From assembly GCA_965235115.1 (NCBI GenBank), contig OZ249436.1:7938001-7998000 (forward strand): a stretch of 60,000 nt of DNA, in the 5' to 3' direction. Each line of letters opens with the position of its first letter. Position 1 is the first letter of the stretch. The position numbers and the translations under genes were made by a program. Under the pieces are notes generated by a model. It did not search any database. It saw nothing but the letters and a program-made list of their open reading frames with translations, and was not told the origin of the DNA. This stretch comes from Laetmonice hystrix. Lineage: Eukaryota. This document shows positions 12,562 through 26,231 of the stretch, piece after piece.

Positions 12562-13241
12562 TGCTACCGCTCTCTTGGCGTTGTCTTCACACAGGAAAAG
12601 ATTCCCGCATCACATACACAACGGCCTGCCGCCCACGAGTCGCCCGAGGTTGGAAGCGAGCGAAGGAGAAACGCTCATTTCCGGTCTGCCAATCTAAACC
12701 GAACTGCACAGGCAATGACCGGACTAACGGGTAGCTTGTCGGGTGTAGCAGGTGTGCACGTAGATGCGGTGGCAGTAGAAGGCAGGTTTAGTAGTCTACT
12801 TGGCATCAAATAGTTATAGACATGGCTGTAATGGACAGTAAATTGGAAATAAATTCAATCAGAACAATACATAGTACGAGTCGTTCATACTGTGCATTGC
12901 ATATCTGTAAGATTATTGAATTAGAAGTACACAAACGTAATTTTAATTCGGATAGACTACATACGTTAATTGCATTCAGCTTCCGCTACGGTTTCTATCA
13001 TTGGACTCGATTTCTATTCGTTGGCTCTGAACTAGGTATGCTGAATCTTTACCTTTATACACTTACAATTTTCTAACAGGAAGTCCTTCAAGAAGAGCCG
13101 AAGCTCCACAGTATCTTAATTGACTGGGGGCTCCGCAGTCTTTAGCAAAGAGGAACTTTACAGTGCTCCAGCAGAGAGGGACCTCCGCAGTCTCTTAGCA
13201 AAGAGGGAGCTTCACAATGTCCCAGCATTGAGAGAGATCAG

Positions 13242-13807
13242 CAATCGGAGCACCCTAGCCATTTCCGGTTTACTTTGCTTTCGGAAAATAGACTCGGATG
13301 TGTGGTGCGGTCTCTGATCCGGCCGATTGAAAATTTAGTGCAGTCGATTGACCAACTGTTTTAGCTATTGTGTGCATATAAACAACCTTTCACCAAATGT
13401 AGGCCTACATGTTGATAATGAGCAAACAAGTAACAGGTTCACATAATTTGATGTAACAATACGATTTCGGCAGTCTGACCTTTACCATAATGGCGGCGCC
13501 CACACGATGACAACATAGTGCACGTGCGATAGTACAAGGCCCGGGATGTTTCCACTTGCTTCTCTCGAAGGATGAAGGGCAAACGAAGGCTGTCGCTCGC
13601 ATATTGTACCGCACTTAAAAATTCAACATCTTCCAAGGGAGTCTTCATTAAACTGCACTGCACTAAATTTTCAATCGGTCGGATCAGAGACCGCACCACA
13701 CATCCGGCGGATTCCCGTTAAATGTCCGTAGAAACTCTATACTTTTACTATCTGAGTCTATTTCCCGAAAACAAAGTAAACCGGAAATGACTCGGTCGTT
13801 CCGATTG
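13242..13807. mobile_element. Long-TIR MITE, Mutator/MULE-like
   Basis: The left arm 13242-13343 is the inverted copy of the right arm 13658-13807 (the right arm has 48 extra bp). Flanks AGAGATCAG (13233-13241) and GGAGATCAG (13808-13816) match at 8/9, consistent with a 9-bp TSD. Confidence 0.8.
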
Positions 13808-14562
13808 GGAGATCAGCAGACACCTATCAAAGAGGGGGCTCCGCAGAAACTAAACACTTCCGCTTTAAAACCGCTTTGTGGTCACGATAAAGGCCGATAG
13901 GTGGCGTCTTCAGATGGCGTCTTCGCGTGCTCTAGACGATCACCTGACGGTGAATGTGAAAGGAATGGTTGAAAGGGTGAAGGGGTGATCCTTGAAGGGC
14001 AGGGTGATCCATGCGGAGGGCGGGTTGGTGTAGGGTACTCAGATAGAGGCTGGGATTGATCTGCCAGAGCCAGACATCATTTCCTCTGTTGATGTACCTG
14101 ATCCGGTCTAAGTACCAAAGAACGATGCCAGAATCCCTCCTTATTGCTCTCTTGTTGTCTGCCCTTACCTCAAAGCGAATCAGGTCGTTTTAATACTCTA
14201 ACAAAACAAAATCTCTCGATTATGGACTCAATATCCAAAGCAATACCCATTTCTACGCTTTACAGAAACTTACAAGTTGCCACCATAAATTAATCTTGTC
14301 TTGAAATGTGGACGTCTTCCAGCAAGTTCCAAACTCCTTTTTCCACATCCTACTTATAACATGTCTCCACCCTGACTACCGCCTGGTTAGCATTGGGAAC
14401 TGCTCGCATTAACCGTATGAGAGGTCAGTCTTAGTAGTCTTGGAATTCCTTCAATATAGACTGTAACATAAATGCCTTTTATTTTTTTCTCTTATAGATC
14501 AGAAGGACATTATTCTGATACGTGTGCTTGTTTTGGCAAAACGTATATCCAAGTATAACGTT

Positions 14563-15235
14563 CATAGCATTGTGTCTGACCGCTCCGTCTATGGCCCATC
14601 CATGGGATACAAACACAATATTCCCAGACCATAGCATCGTGTCTGACCGCTCCGTCTATGGCCCATCCCTGGGATACAAACACAATATTCCCAGACCATA
14701 GCATTGTGTCTGACCGCTCCGTCTATGGCCCATCCCTGGGATACAAACACAATATTCCCAGACCATAGTATTGTGTCTGACCGCTCCGTCTATGGCCCAT
14801 CCCTGGGATACAAACACAATATTCCCAGACCATAGCATTGTGTCTGACCGCTCCGTCTGTGGCCCATCCCTGGGATACAAACACAATATTCCCAGACCAT
14901 AGCATTGTGTCTGACCGCTCCGTCTGTGGCCCATCCCTGGGATACAAACACAATATTCCCAGACCATAGCATTGTGTCTGACCGCTCCGTCTATGGCCCA
15001 TCCCTGGGATACAAACACAATATTCCCAGACCATAGCATCGTGTCTGACCGCTCCGTCTATGGCCCATCCCTGGGATACAAACACAATATTCCCAGACCA
15101 TAGCATCGTGTCTGACCGCTCCGTCTATGGCCCATCCCTAGGATACAAACACAATATTCCCAGACCATAGCATTGTGTCTGACCGCTCCGTCTATGGCCC
15201 ATCCCTAGGATACAAACACAATATTCCCAGACCAT
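14563..15235. repeat. Minisatellite, 67-bp unit x10
   Basis: Unit CATAGCATTGTGTCTGACCGCTCCGTCTATGGCCCATCCCTGGGATACAAACACAATATTCCCAGAC. Confidence 0.98.
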
Positions 15236-15323
15236 CTGTCTGTCCTCTAGAGCATTAGGATAGTTACCATACCAACCCCGACTGATTTGTATGTCTGACC
15301 AGTGACCAGGCACTTTACCTGTT

Positions 15324-15337
15324 GTTGCCATGGTAAC
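15324..15337. promoter_or_regulatory. RFX X-box-like motif
   Basis: GTTGCCATGGTAAC matches the near-palindromic X-box consensus; function is not shown. Confidence 0.4.
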
Positions 15338-15724
15338 AGGCCATTGGCAACCGTCTCGGGGGACGTGTTTTCGTCCGTTCCCACTGTTCCACTGATTGAC
15401 TGTAGTCTTCAAGGAGATATACACACGGGTCGGGGGGGCGGGTTGCGAGGCCTTTTTTGTCTTTTTGCCCGGGCGGTAAACTATCATGAAATTTACGGAG
15501 TGTTCGTATGGAAATGGGAACGTTGCCAAGGCAGTTCCGTCTCCGTCCACGCTAACTGGTTGTGGATGTAAGTAGTGCATGGTTAAGGCGTATGTAGCAG
15601 GCTGCTGCTGGTTAAACAAACTGTTGACAATCGTATGGACGGCATTATGTATTTTGTGTATGGATACATGTGATTGTGGAAGAATTTACCATGGACCACC
15701 TTATCTTATCTGCCCTCTACTTCA

Positions 15725-17033
15725 CTACAGGCCCATCCCAGGCTCACTGTGGAGTAGTGTACGCAACGCTCTCCCGTCAGCCTGCCCTACAGGCCCATCC
15801 CAGGCTCACTGTGGAGTAGTGTACGCAACGCTCTCCCGTCAGCCTGCCCTACAGGCCCATCCCAGGCTCACTGTGGAGTAGTGTACGCAACGCTCTCCCG
15901 TCAGCCTGCCCTACAGGCCCATCCCAGGCTCACTGTGGAGTAGTGTACGCAACGCTCTCCCGTCAGCCTGCCCTACAGGCCCATCCCAGGCTCACTGTGG
16001 AGTAGTGTACGCAGAGCTCTCCCGTCAGCCTGCCCTACAGGCCCATCCCAGGCTCACTGTGGAGTAGTGTACGCAACGCTCTCCCGTCAGCCTGCCCTAC
16101 AGGCCCATCCCAGGCTCACTGTGGAGTAGTGTACGCAACGCTCTCCCGTCAGCCTGCCCTACAGGCCCATCCCAGGCTCACTGTGGAGTAGTGTACGCAA
16201 CGCTCTCCCGTCAGCCTGCCCTACAGGCCCATCCCAGGCTCACTGTGGAGTAGTGTACGCAACGCTCTCCCGTCAGCCTGCCCTACAGGCCCATCCCAGG
16301 CTCACTGTGGAGTAGTGTACGCAACGCTCTCCCGTCAGCCTGCCCTACAGGCCCATCCCAGGCTCACTGTGGAGTAGTGTACGCAGAGCTCTCCCGTCAG
16401 CCTGCCCTACAGGCCCATCCCAGGCTCACTGTGGAGTAGTGTACGCAGAGCTCTCCAGTCAGCCTGCCCTACAGGCCCATCCCAGGCTCACTGTGGAGTA
16501 GTGTACGCAGAGCTCTCCCGTCAGCCTGCCCTACAGGCCCATCCCAGGCTCACTGTGGAGTAGTGTACGCAGATCTCTCCCGTCAGCCTGCCCTACAGGC
16601 CCATCCCAGGCTCACTGTGGAGTAGTGTACGCAGAGCTCTCCCGTCAGCCTGCCCTACAGGCCCATCCCAGGCTCACTGTGGAGTAGTGTACCGTAGCTC
16701 TCCCGTCAGCCTGCCCTACAGGCCCATCCCAGGCTCACTGTGGAGTAGTGTACGCAGAGCTCTCCCGTCAGCCTGCCCTACAGGCCCATCCCAGGCTCAC
16801 TGTGGAGTAGTGTACGCAGAGCTCTCCCGTCCCCCAGCCCTACAGGCCCATCCCAGGCTCACTGTGGAGTAGTGTACGCAGAGCTCTCCCGTCACCTAGC
16901 CCTACAGGCCCATCCCAGGCTCACTGTGGAGTAGTGTACGCAGAGCTCTCCCGTCCCCCAGCCCTACAGGCCCATCCCAGGCTCACTGTGGAGTAGTGTA
17001 CGCAGAGCTCTCCCGTCAGCCTGCCCTACAGGC
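15725..17033. repeat. Minisatellite, 62-bp unit x21
   Basis: Unit CTACAGGCCCATCCCAGGCTCACTGTGGAGTAGTGTACGCAACGCTCTCCCGTCAGCCTGCC. Confidence 0.98.
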
Positions 17034-19444
17034 AGATAGCCATTCGACTCGCTGTAAATTGGTTGTTGGCAAGTGTCAGAAATTGCAGAAGCATTGATTT
17101 TGATGCTTCCGCTCAATAGGAGGCACTGCCCTCCGGAAATGGTCCCTGAACGGGCATTGGCGCATAACGAGTAGACACAGGCGATTCATAGCTGAAAAAT
17201 AGGCTGAATGATGAATGGAGCAAGAAAAAAATAGGTTTTCTATATTAGATTGCTGTTATTACAAATGGCGGCCTCCTAATGTCATTTTCCGACGTATATA
17301 CATGTATCAACGAACCGGAAGAGTTTTAAAAGCTTAAAGTCACACCACGGTCAGGTAAATTACATAATCGCTAATAAGGTCATTCCAAGGTCGGGTATCT
17401 AAATTTCTGTCGTAAAAGTGTGTGATTTATATTAGGGATGTTAGGATACTTCAAGTATATCAAAGAAAGGTTCCAGATTGGCTGTGTCTACAATCACGAG
17501 CAAATGAAGTCCCTGCGGCACAGTCGGCCTCAATATATAATAACACATTCACCAACATCTGCCTACTGTCATGGCAACGGGACGCCGCCGGGGTACGATA
17601 AAATACATCGGCACGCTAAAATACTCCATTATGGACACAATCAGAGCGCCCCATAGATAAATCTCCGAAATACGATTTTATACGAAATATGGACCAACAT
17701 TATGGCACGAAATGGCATGACTGACTATCTGTCCTCTACTAAGTGAGACTATATGGACTTTACCTCGTAATTACGCTGGCTCTGTAATATTCCACCATTC
17801 CCGTCCACGACTGGAGGCTATTTCAAGCCAACATTATTACTTATGAATATCGGAGTTATCCAACATGAGGCTATAACCTGGTTATTATGATTGGTTTTTC
17901 TGTATGCAATAAATCACGCCATGGACAAAGCAGACGTTTGCAAGGGAAGATTCTGTTAGGGAGGTGCATGTAAAACTATGAATATCTAATGTGGTTGTTG
18001 GGCAAAACAAGTTGACAGGAAGTGGTCGCAGACAATTAAGATAATGAGGGGCGAACTTTATTTCAGTGTGGAACATTGGGAGGAGTTGTGAGTGTGACGG
18101 TTGCGCTACCTGTCCACGTTAACCGTGTTACGCATGCAAATGACGCTGGTCTGTTTCACCGCACGCCGCCCGTAATTCGATTTACTGATCCGAGACGCTA
18201 AATCAACGCCAAATTACAGAGAGAAGATTATCGGAGGTGTATTAATAACAACAAAGGCAGGCACAACAGTAAATTGGATCCCATTGCCTGCGGGCAAATG
18301 GCGGCCGACCATAGGGGCAGCACAATGGTGTGTTCTGTAGGACTAGTGGAGGCCATGACGTGCACGCAGCGTCGACCGCCGTGATTGTGTCGCCGACACT
18401 GGCCACAACCGGTTCTCTCCGGACACTGGGCGGTCTGGGAATGATCGCGCCGCAGGGGGTCATAAACCTGCTCCCAGCACACCGACACACGGAGATTCGA
18501 CTGTACGAACTCCGGCCATGGTTGAGGTCAGCATCTTGTCACCGCTCGGGACTAAGTCTCATCATAGTTTGAACATAATTTGAATAACATCAATATAGAC
18601 TCAACCTATAGGTCATTCCACGACCGAAATCAATGGGATGAGGACCCGATGGATGTAGTAAAATTCATTCCTACTTAGAATACCACCCTTTGTCTGCCTC
18701 ATGAGTTGACGCCGGCCGACGTGAGGCGAAGCGACTAACCGCCGCGATGCGATCGTCGGTCGTCGCCGACACGGTCGACAGGCCAAGCGGCACGGCTGTG
18801 GAAGTCGACTCCTCGCCTGATAGGACAATTCTCTATCCGTGTATTATCTGCTACCCTGTGTTAGATTTATGGTGAGATACGACCTGATGTCAATGGCGTT
18901 GATCGCTTGCTGTCGATAAGAAGCTGGCAGAACGGGTAGACAATGCACGTTTTATGCGGGGGGGGGGGGGGGGGGGGTCCGTCGGGGGAGGTCGGGGTAA
19001 CTGCTGCGACAGGGACGGGTCGGATTATATGGACCACATCCGGGTATCAACCGTCATCGGAAGCCTCATCCGGAGATGGTGCATATTATCACCTCGGTGA
19101 TCGGACACCTGGCGGGACGCTCAGACAACAAAAAAAGTTTGATAAACGTCTCAGGAACGTTACTCCATGTGAATAAATCGGTTTTGTGACCTTTTGTCGG
19201 CTGGGCTGGCCTGAACCGAACGACCGAGAGAGAGAGAGGGGCGGACCTGCTAGACGTACTTTATTATTAAATTTCTCCCGGTAGGGGAAAGGGGAACGTT
19301 ATTTCTTGTGGATGCTATGATAATCCTGCAAGAAAAAATAATATCATTAAAATGTTTACTTTATTCATGTACAAGTAGCAGTGCCAGTGAAGGAGAATTT
19401 AAATTGGTAGCAAATGATGTTGAAATTAGATAACTTGGAAGACG

Positions 19445-19645
19445 AAAACATAATCATGGATACGATAGACAGATATAGCCCTTTAGTAAAACCCCAACAA
19501 CGGGGGAAGTATGGCAGTGGTAAGCTACAAAATATGACTACAAAATAAAAACATAATCATGGATACTATAGAGAGATATAGCCCTTTAGTAAAACTCTAA
19601 CAATGGGTGGGGGGAGTATGGCAGTGGTAAGCTACAAAATATGAC
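19445..19645. repeat. Tandem duplication, ~103-bp period x2
   Basis: AAAACATAATCATGGATAC..GGCAGTGGTAAGCTACAAAATATGAC starts at 19445 and 19548, diverged. Confidence 0.9.
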
Positions 19646-20473
19646 GACCTATATAGACCAACCCTCCACCCCAAAGTTGAGAACTTTTACAGGTCTAGGT
19701 GTCGCCCCCTAGCGGGGCCTTTGATCCCGACCCTGGAGGCAATCCCTCCCGTTCTCAGATGTTAGATACCATGAGGGTGCAGCCATCCATGTCTTTATAT
19801 CTCGTCCCTCGGCCGGATGTAAGCAGGGGCGGTCGGAGAATGACCCCTTTTGTTTTCTTTTTCATAAAGTCGTGTCGTCATCAAACCCGCTTTGACTTGG
19901 TCCTGGCTAATATTCTTACAGTTCAAACAATTACTTGCCAAGCAATTGTTTTTGCAGACATGTGCCGTTTATGGATGGACGTGCGCAGGTGTGGCCATCC
20001 GGGGGCGGGGGTCCTTTAAACCGGTCATTGGTAGAGGAACTGAAGGACCCCTGTAAAAGAGGAACAACGGGAAGGGTGGAAATCATTACGAACGCTATTA
20101 TCGCAAAAGCTGTCTTGTAAAGGTGTTATTATGCAAATTGGAGGCAGTGCCGATGGCCTTTGAAGTGGGAGCTCGTCGGTGGTACGGTGGACCGACCACA
20201 ACAGCGAGGTATTTGATTAAGAAGGCAATTAAAGTAGTGAATACGGCCCGCCGGCCCTCGCTCCCCTACAGCGACAAAGTACGCATACCGTATCCAGATG
20301 ATAGGCATCGGCGGGACCTTAGCTCGGCGCAGATGTCAGTACGATAGGTGGGACATGATTACATCATTTACTGTGCCAAATTACCATACGGCTGATGCTA
20401 TCGGCCCAGAGTAGATTCCCCGGCTGTAGCATATTCCTTCTAACCCCTGCAGACTCTTTCCGCTGGTATAACA

Positions 20474-20660
20474 GCCAATCAGGATTCAGAGCACCTCCAT
20501 GAACATCTGATTGGCTCATGTATGGACCAATAGGAGACCATGTAAGCTATGACCGCCACGGTCATGCTTGGTGAACGTCATACATTATAATGACATAAAA
20601 CGGTTAGCAATTTGTCCGTCACTCAAATTTTGAACTTTCGCGAAGAAGGGGCCAATCACA
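20474..20660. promoter_or_regulatory. Cluster of four CCAAT (NF-Y-like) boxes
   Basis: GCCAATCAG (20474), GATTGGC (20509), CCAATAGG (20527) and GCCAATCAC (20651). Confidence 0.35.
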
Positions 20661-23612
20661 GCTGAGCTTAGTGGTAAATTCCAGATTGACATTCCCCGTT
20701 GGGGGTAGGGGCCTACTCGGTGTACAGGGTCGAGACCGAACACACAATGCGGGTATGGAGTGGGGGTCGTGGCGGTTTTGTTGACGAGGAACGCCACCGA
20801 CAGGTGGACAAAATATACCCAGGGCGTTCAGCGGACATGGCAAGTTGACAATAATAGAAGGCGTTGTGGAGTAAGCACCGAGCCGTGGGATTGTGGGGTT
20901 GACGGCGCGTGACGCCCCCTCTGTCCCGTACCCTTCTCCCACCCCCTACCCTCATCCTACCCCCACCCCGCACCCCCAACTTACCACCTATCCGTCAGTT
21001 GTCAATTGACGAGCAGAAACCTAGACCTATCATTATCCTCGCCAGGGGAGAGCCTCCACAGTTCCCTCATTGTTTGCTCAGAAACCCAATGCGCTGACTG
21101 CAAAATACCTTATCTCAATACATGATTATCCCCCAGAGTTTCTTTTGTACATTGCAGACAAAGTAAATGTACTTGACGTTGAGTCCTTGTGGCGAAAATC
21201 CGAAAAGGACACTATTGAGGTAGAACTTATCTCGCTACATGCTCATTAAATGTGTTTCCTTCAAAACGCGGTCGACGCTGCATTGTGGGATTCTGGTATA
21301 GAGTGCTTTTAGTAGTCGTATATGTAGCAGTAATTCATGGGGCGCTTCGCTAAGAAAGCCTTTGGTGCTGTAACCAGGCACCAGGATAGAAAAGATTCTG
21401 CACAATCGGACCATTGTACGCGCTTAAAATACCTAGATGTCTTCTGCGATGTCTGGCGCTATTTGTGCATATAAGGTGGTAACGTTGGGCGTGCCATAAA
21501 ACTATTAAGCGCTGCAGTATTTCATTTCAATCGGCGAAGTAAAATCCCTTGGTGCTGTACTGCACGTCTCCTTCATTTAATGCCGTTCGATAGGCCTGAT
21601 ACTATGGTTACACTGCATGAACTTTGGTAACAGCCGGGAGCGCCCCCTAGCGAACTATATGACGTCATATTACGTCATAAAGGTTTTAGAGTCAGACGGC
21701 GGGCATGTGGTGGACGGCTAATTCCAATTATTACAAATGGCTGTCAGTGGAACAAACAAAAGTAGCCGCGCCACTCAACTGGATAGCTTTGTTCCCCGAG
21801 GATGGTCGCGAGTTGGTGCCGACCGACCGCTGTTCTAATCCCCAAGGTGCCTTTAATGTGTCGAAAGTTTATTATTTGTACGAGTTATGTGACCGGTAGT
21901 GGCACTGCCATAAATTATCCCTGAAAGTACCCACGCAAAATACACAGGGCTTAAATCCCTACAGAAAATACGTGCAAACATGCGATTGGCAATGGTTTGG
22001 TAATGTAACCACATGCGTGTATGCCAATTGCTCCGTGTCACACCCATTGTGTAATCATGTGAATGCACCAATGAAAAAGCCACCGGTCGGGCCGCCAAGG
22101 CATTGACAAACGCTGCCGAACCCTCAATGAAAACCATTTTTGCGTGTTCGTCTGCGCAAACAATGTTAGAAAAACCACGCTGTTCGTGATTGCGTAGTTT
22201 CATGTTGAGGCCTGGCTAAGTTACTCCGTGCGGGGATAGAATAACTATACATGTGGAATATGTTTAAGGACGACAGGGTGTGTGTGTGTGGGGGGGGGGG
22301 GCGCACCCGGGTATAGTGAGAAATGAGACTGATCTCATGCCAGAGTCTGGTCTCGATATGAATACCAACCCCATTCGTTGTTTTCTATAGCGACCTTAAT
22401 CTATAAAACCAACGGAGTATTGTTGGCATAGTGCATGACTGCGAATATTGATTAAAGTATGCCTGGTTGCTTAAACTTGTTCAATTATGTATTTTTAGTC
22501 GTTTTCATTCTCGCATTTTAAGATGGATTTTTTTTCCACGTAGCGCGAGGCGTTCTCGTAATCGCCAGTACGTATCGACAAGCGACTTCGCTCTGGTTAC
22601 GACATCGGGGCGATCAGTAAATCTCCTATCGCGAACGCCGTTGGCATTACGTGTCGTCTGCTACGTGGCGTTCAGAAACTTTGACGTCGTCACGTCAACC
22701 CCTGCCGCAATTAAAATAGATGGCAGGTTTCTATAGATAGCGAGGGTTAGAACCAGAAAACCTCTATGCGGGGAGCTCGACCGATGACATAGTTTTTCCC
22801 TTTGAACACCTGTCGGTGAACCTTTTGTTGTGTCCACGTTCACGGTCCGGTGACTGTGTGTAACGTTGATGGTGATAGCGGGTGGGTGGGTACCCATGGT
22901 TTCACTGTGTACGGTCGCGCGGACTGTGATTGGAGGATGTCCTTTAATTGAGGACCTCAGGTGGAGACGATCGTATGGTGGAGGCGTGTTCCCCGGGACA
23001 GCTCATACGTCCCAGGTATACTTGCCCCCCCCCCCCCCCCCCCCAGGAACACGGCCGCTTGGCGTTCCACTGCAGCCACACCACCCGCCCCGTTCTCACC
23101 TAGCCCACCAATCAGCACACCCCTGGGAACCCACTCACTTGGCCAACCAGCTGGCGTCCTGGCGGCTATCCAATCAGAAGAGGCCCCCACCTCCCCTTGT
23201 GCATACACAACATTCGTAGGAACGGCGCTAAGAGACGGTGATGGTTCACGCCTGACTGCCCACCACTGCACACCCGCCTGCATTGGGCTGCCAGCCAAGC
23301 GAGAGCGAATAAGGCCTCGGGCGGCCATTTTTGTCTGAATCGATCAGGGCTCACTGTTGTGGGGTCAAATTATACATAGAAACGTAGTGAAATTATATGG
23401 ACTTAATCACCTAATCGTCAGACTGTGTCAAGGCCGTGTGTTTGGTGCGCAGCCATGCGTAAAGCCATTCGCCGGTGAAGCCAGGCTCATGTGGCGGTCG
23501 TTTGATGATTGAGCGACGTCCGGCTCAGGCGACGCGGTCGACTGCGCCGCGATACGCCGCAACACTCCGCGACACGCCGCTTTGTGGTCACACACGACGT
23601 GAGCTTACCAAC

Positions 23613-24819
23613 ACGACAGCGCTCAGCCATCGCGCTCCTAGCAGACGACGGCGCTCAGCCATCGCTCTCCTAGCAGACGACGGCGCTCAACCATCGCTCT
23701 CCTAGCAGACGACGGCGCTCAGCCATCGCTCTCCTAGCAGACGACGGCGCTCAGCCATCGCTGTCCTAGCAGACGACGGCGCTCAGCCATCGCTCTCCTA
23801 GCAGACGACGGCGCTCAGCCATCGCTCTCCTAGCAGACGACGGCGCTCAGCCATCGCTCTCCTAGCAGACGACGGCGCTCAGCCATCGCTCTCCTAGCAG
23901 ACGACGGCGCTCAGCCATCGCTCTCCTAGCAGACGACGGCGCTCAGCCATCGCTCTCCTAGCACACGACGGCGCCCAGTCATCGCTCTCCTAGCAGACGA
24001 CGGCGCTCAACCATCGCTCTCCTAGCAGACGACGGCGCTCAGCCATCGCTCTCCTAGCAGACGACGGCGCTCAGCCATCGCTGTCCTAGCAGACGACGGC
24101 GCTCAGCCATCGCTCTCCTAGCAGACGACGGCGCTCAACCATCGCTCTCCTAGCAGACGACGGCGCTCAGCCATCGCTCTCCTAGCAGACGACGGCGCTC
24201 AGCCATCGCTGTCCTAGCAGACGACGGCGCTCAGCCATCGCTCTCCTAGCAGACGACGGCGCTCAGCCATCGCTCTCCTAGCAGACGACGGCGCTCAGCC
24301 ATCGCTCTCCTAGCAGACGACGGCGCTCAGCCATCGCTCTCCTAGCAGACGACGGCGCTCAGCCATCGCTCTCCTAGCAGACGACGGCGCTCAGCCATCG
24401 CTCTCCTAGCACACGACGGCGCCCAGTCATCGCTCACGGCGCTCAACCATCGCTCTCCTAGCAGACGACGGCGCCCAGTCATCGCTCTCCTAGCAGACGA
24501 CGGCGCTCAACCATCGCTCTCCTAGCAGACGACGGCGCTCAACCATCGCTCCCCTAGCAGACGACGGCGCTCAACCATCGCTCTCCTAGCAGACGACGGC
24601 GCTCAACCATCGCTCTCCTAGCAGACGACGGCGCTCAACCATCGCTCTCCTAGCAGACGACGGCGCTCAACCATCGCTCCCCTAGCAGACGACGGCGCTC
24701 AACCATCGCTCTCCTAGCAGACGACGGCGCTCAACCATCGCTCTCCTAGCAGACGACGGCGCTCAACCATCGCTGTCCTAGCAGACGACGGCGCTCAACC
24801 ATCGCTGTCCTAGTAGACG
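23613..24819. repeat. Minisatellite, 32-bp unit x~38
   Basis: Unit CGGCGCTCAGCCATCGCTCTCCTAGCAGACGA; CpG-rich, with higher-order variant structure. Confidence 0.98.
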
Positions 24820-25534
24820 CTAGATCTCCGTGGTAACATGTCACGACCCTTGGCTACGAGAACTGAAAGTTTAGCTCACCTTACGACGCGACAGAACAGT
24901 CGGCGACTGGCTTTTCATTATCACGCTGCGTCTGAGGCACGATCGTGCGGAACAGAACAGTCGCACCTATTCCCAACGACCGCACACGTTCCCTGCTTTA
25001 CGAACTTACGGTAATCGTGATGCCTGACGCCGACGATTTCGTCGCGGCTCAAGCAATCGTAGGTGCGACCTGTGGCAACCTTAATCCTTAAACCCTGCCA
25101 CAATTATGTGGGACTGCTTCCATGGGGCACACACCTGGCAAATGGCCACAAAACACGTCTCAGCATCACACCTTATTCATTTACTTACTGGGACCTGCCA
25201 TCCATCACATCCCTTAAACCATCAGATGATCCAACTTTATTTATTATAGTGGTTCTCATTTCATGATTTCCAAACAAGATTTAGGAGCAACAATAAGTCT
25301 TGTCGCATTGCGAAGGTCTCTTTTCACATAATCTATATTGTTGAATCAGTATGTCTCAATTTGGAGGATCAACACTAACCATTAAATCTCATAAAACTCA
25401 TGGCTAACAGTGTTTCTTACAAGCAAGGAGTAATAAAACATGATAATTCCATAGCTTTAAAATCAGCTCCCTGAGGTCTGAGCCTGTTTTATATAAACAC
25501 AAACCATCTGTTACATATGCATGGCACGTAAATG

Positions 25535-26230
25535 TATGGGACAATATTGCATGTACCTCCGAGGACCTGTGGTGTTGAGGCAGACCTCATGTTATGGGAC
25601 AATATTGCATGTACCTCCGAGGACCTGTGGTGTTGAGGCAGACCTCATGTTATGAGACAATATTGCATGTACCTCCGAGGACCTGTGGTGTTGAGGCAGA
25701 CCTCATGTTATGGGACAATATTGCATGTACCTCCGGGGACCTGTGGTGTTGAGGCAGACCTCATGTTATGGGACAATATTGCATGTACCTCCGAGGACCT
25801 GTGGTTGAGGCAGACCTCATTTTATGGGACAATATTGCATGTACCTCCGAGGACCTGTGGTGTTGAGGCAGACCTCATGTTATGGGACAATATTGCATGT
25901 ACCTCCGAGGACCTGTGGTGTTGAGGCAGACCTCATGTTATGGGATAATATTACATGTACCTTCGAGGACCTGTGGTGTTGAGGCAGACCTCATGTTATG
26001 GGACAATATTGCGTGTACCTCCGAGGACCTGTGGTGTTGAGGCAGACCTCATGTTATGGGACAATATTGCATGTACCTCCGAGGACCTGTGGTGTTGAGG
26101 CAGACCTCCTGTTATGGGATAATATTGCATGTACCTTCGAGGACCTGTGGTGTTGAGGCAGACCTCATGTTATGGGACAATATTGCATGTACCTCCGAGG
26201 ACCTGTGGTGTTGAGGCAGACCTCATGTTA
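25535..26230. repeat. Minisatellite, 58-bp unit x12
   Basis: Unit TATGGGACAATATTGCATGTACCTCCGAGGACCTGTGGTGTTGAGGCAGACCTCATGT. Confidence 0.98.
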
Positions 26231-26231
26231 A

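Noticed and set aside
18852..18872. TACCCTGT, resembling the miR-10 5' end
   Set aside because: The match stops after 8 nt and no precursor hairpin is evident.
21853..22203. 116-aa minus-strand ORF
   Set aside because: No recognisable domain or splice context; the length is compatible with chance.
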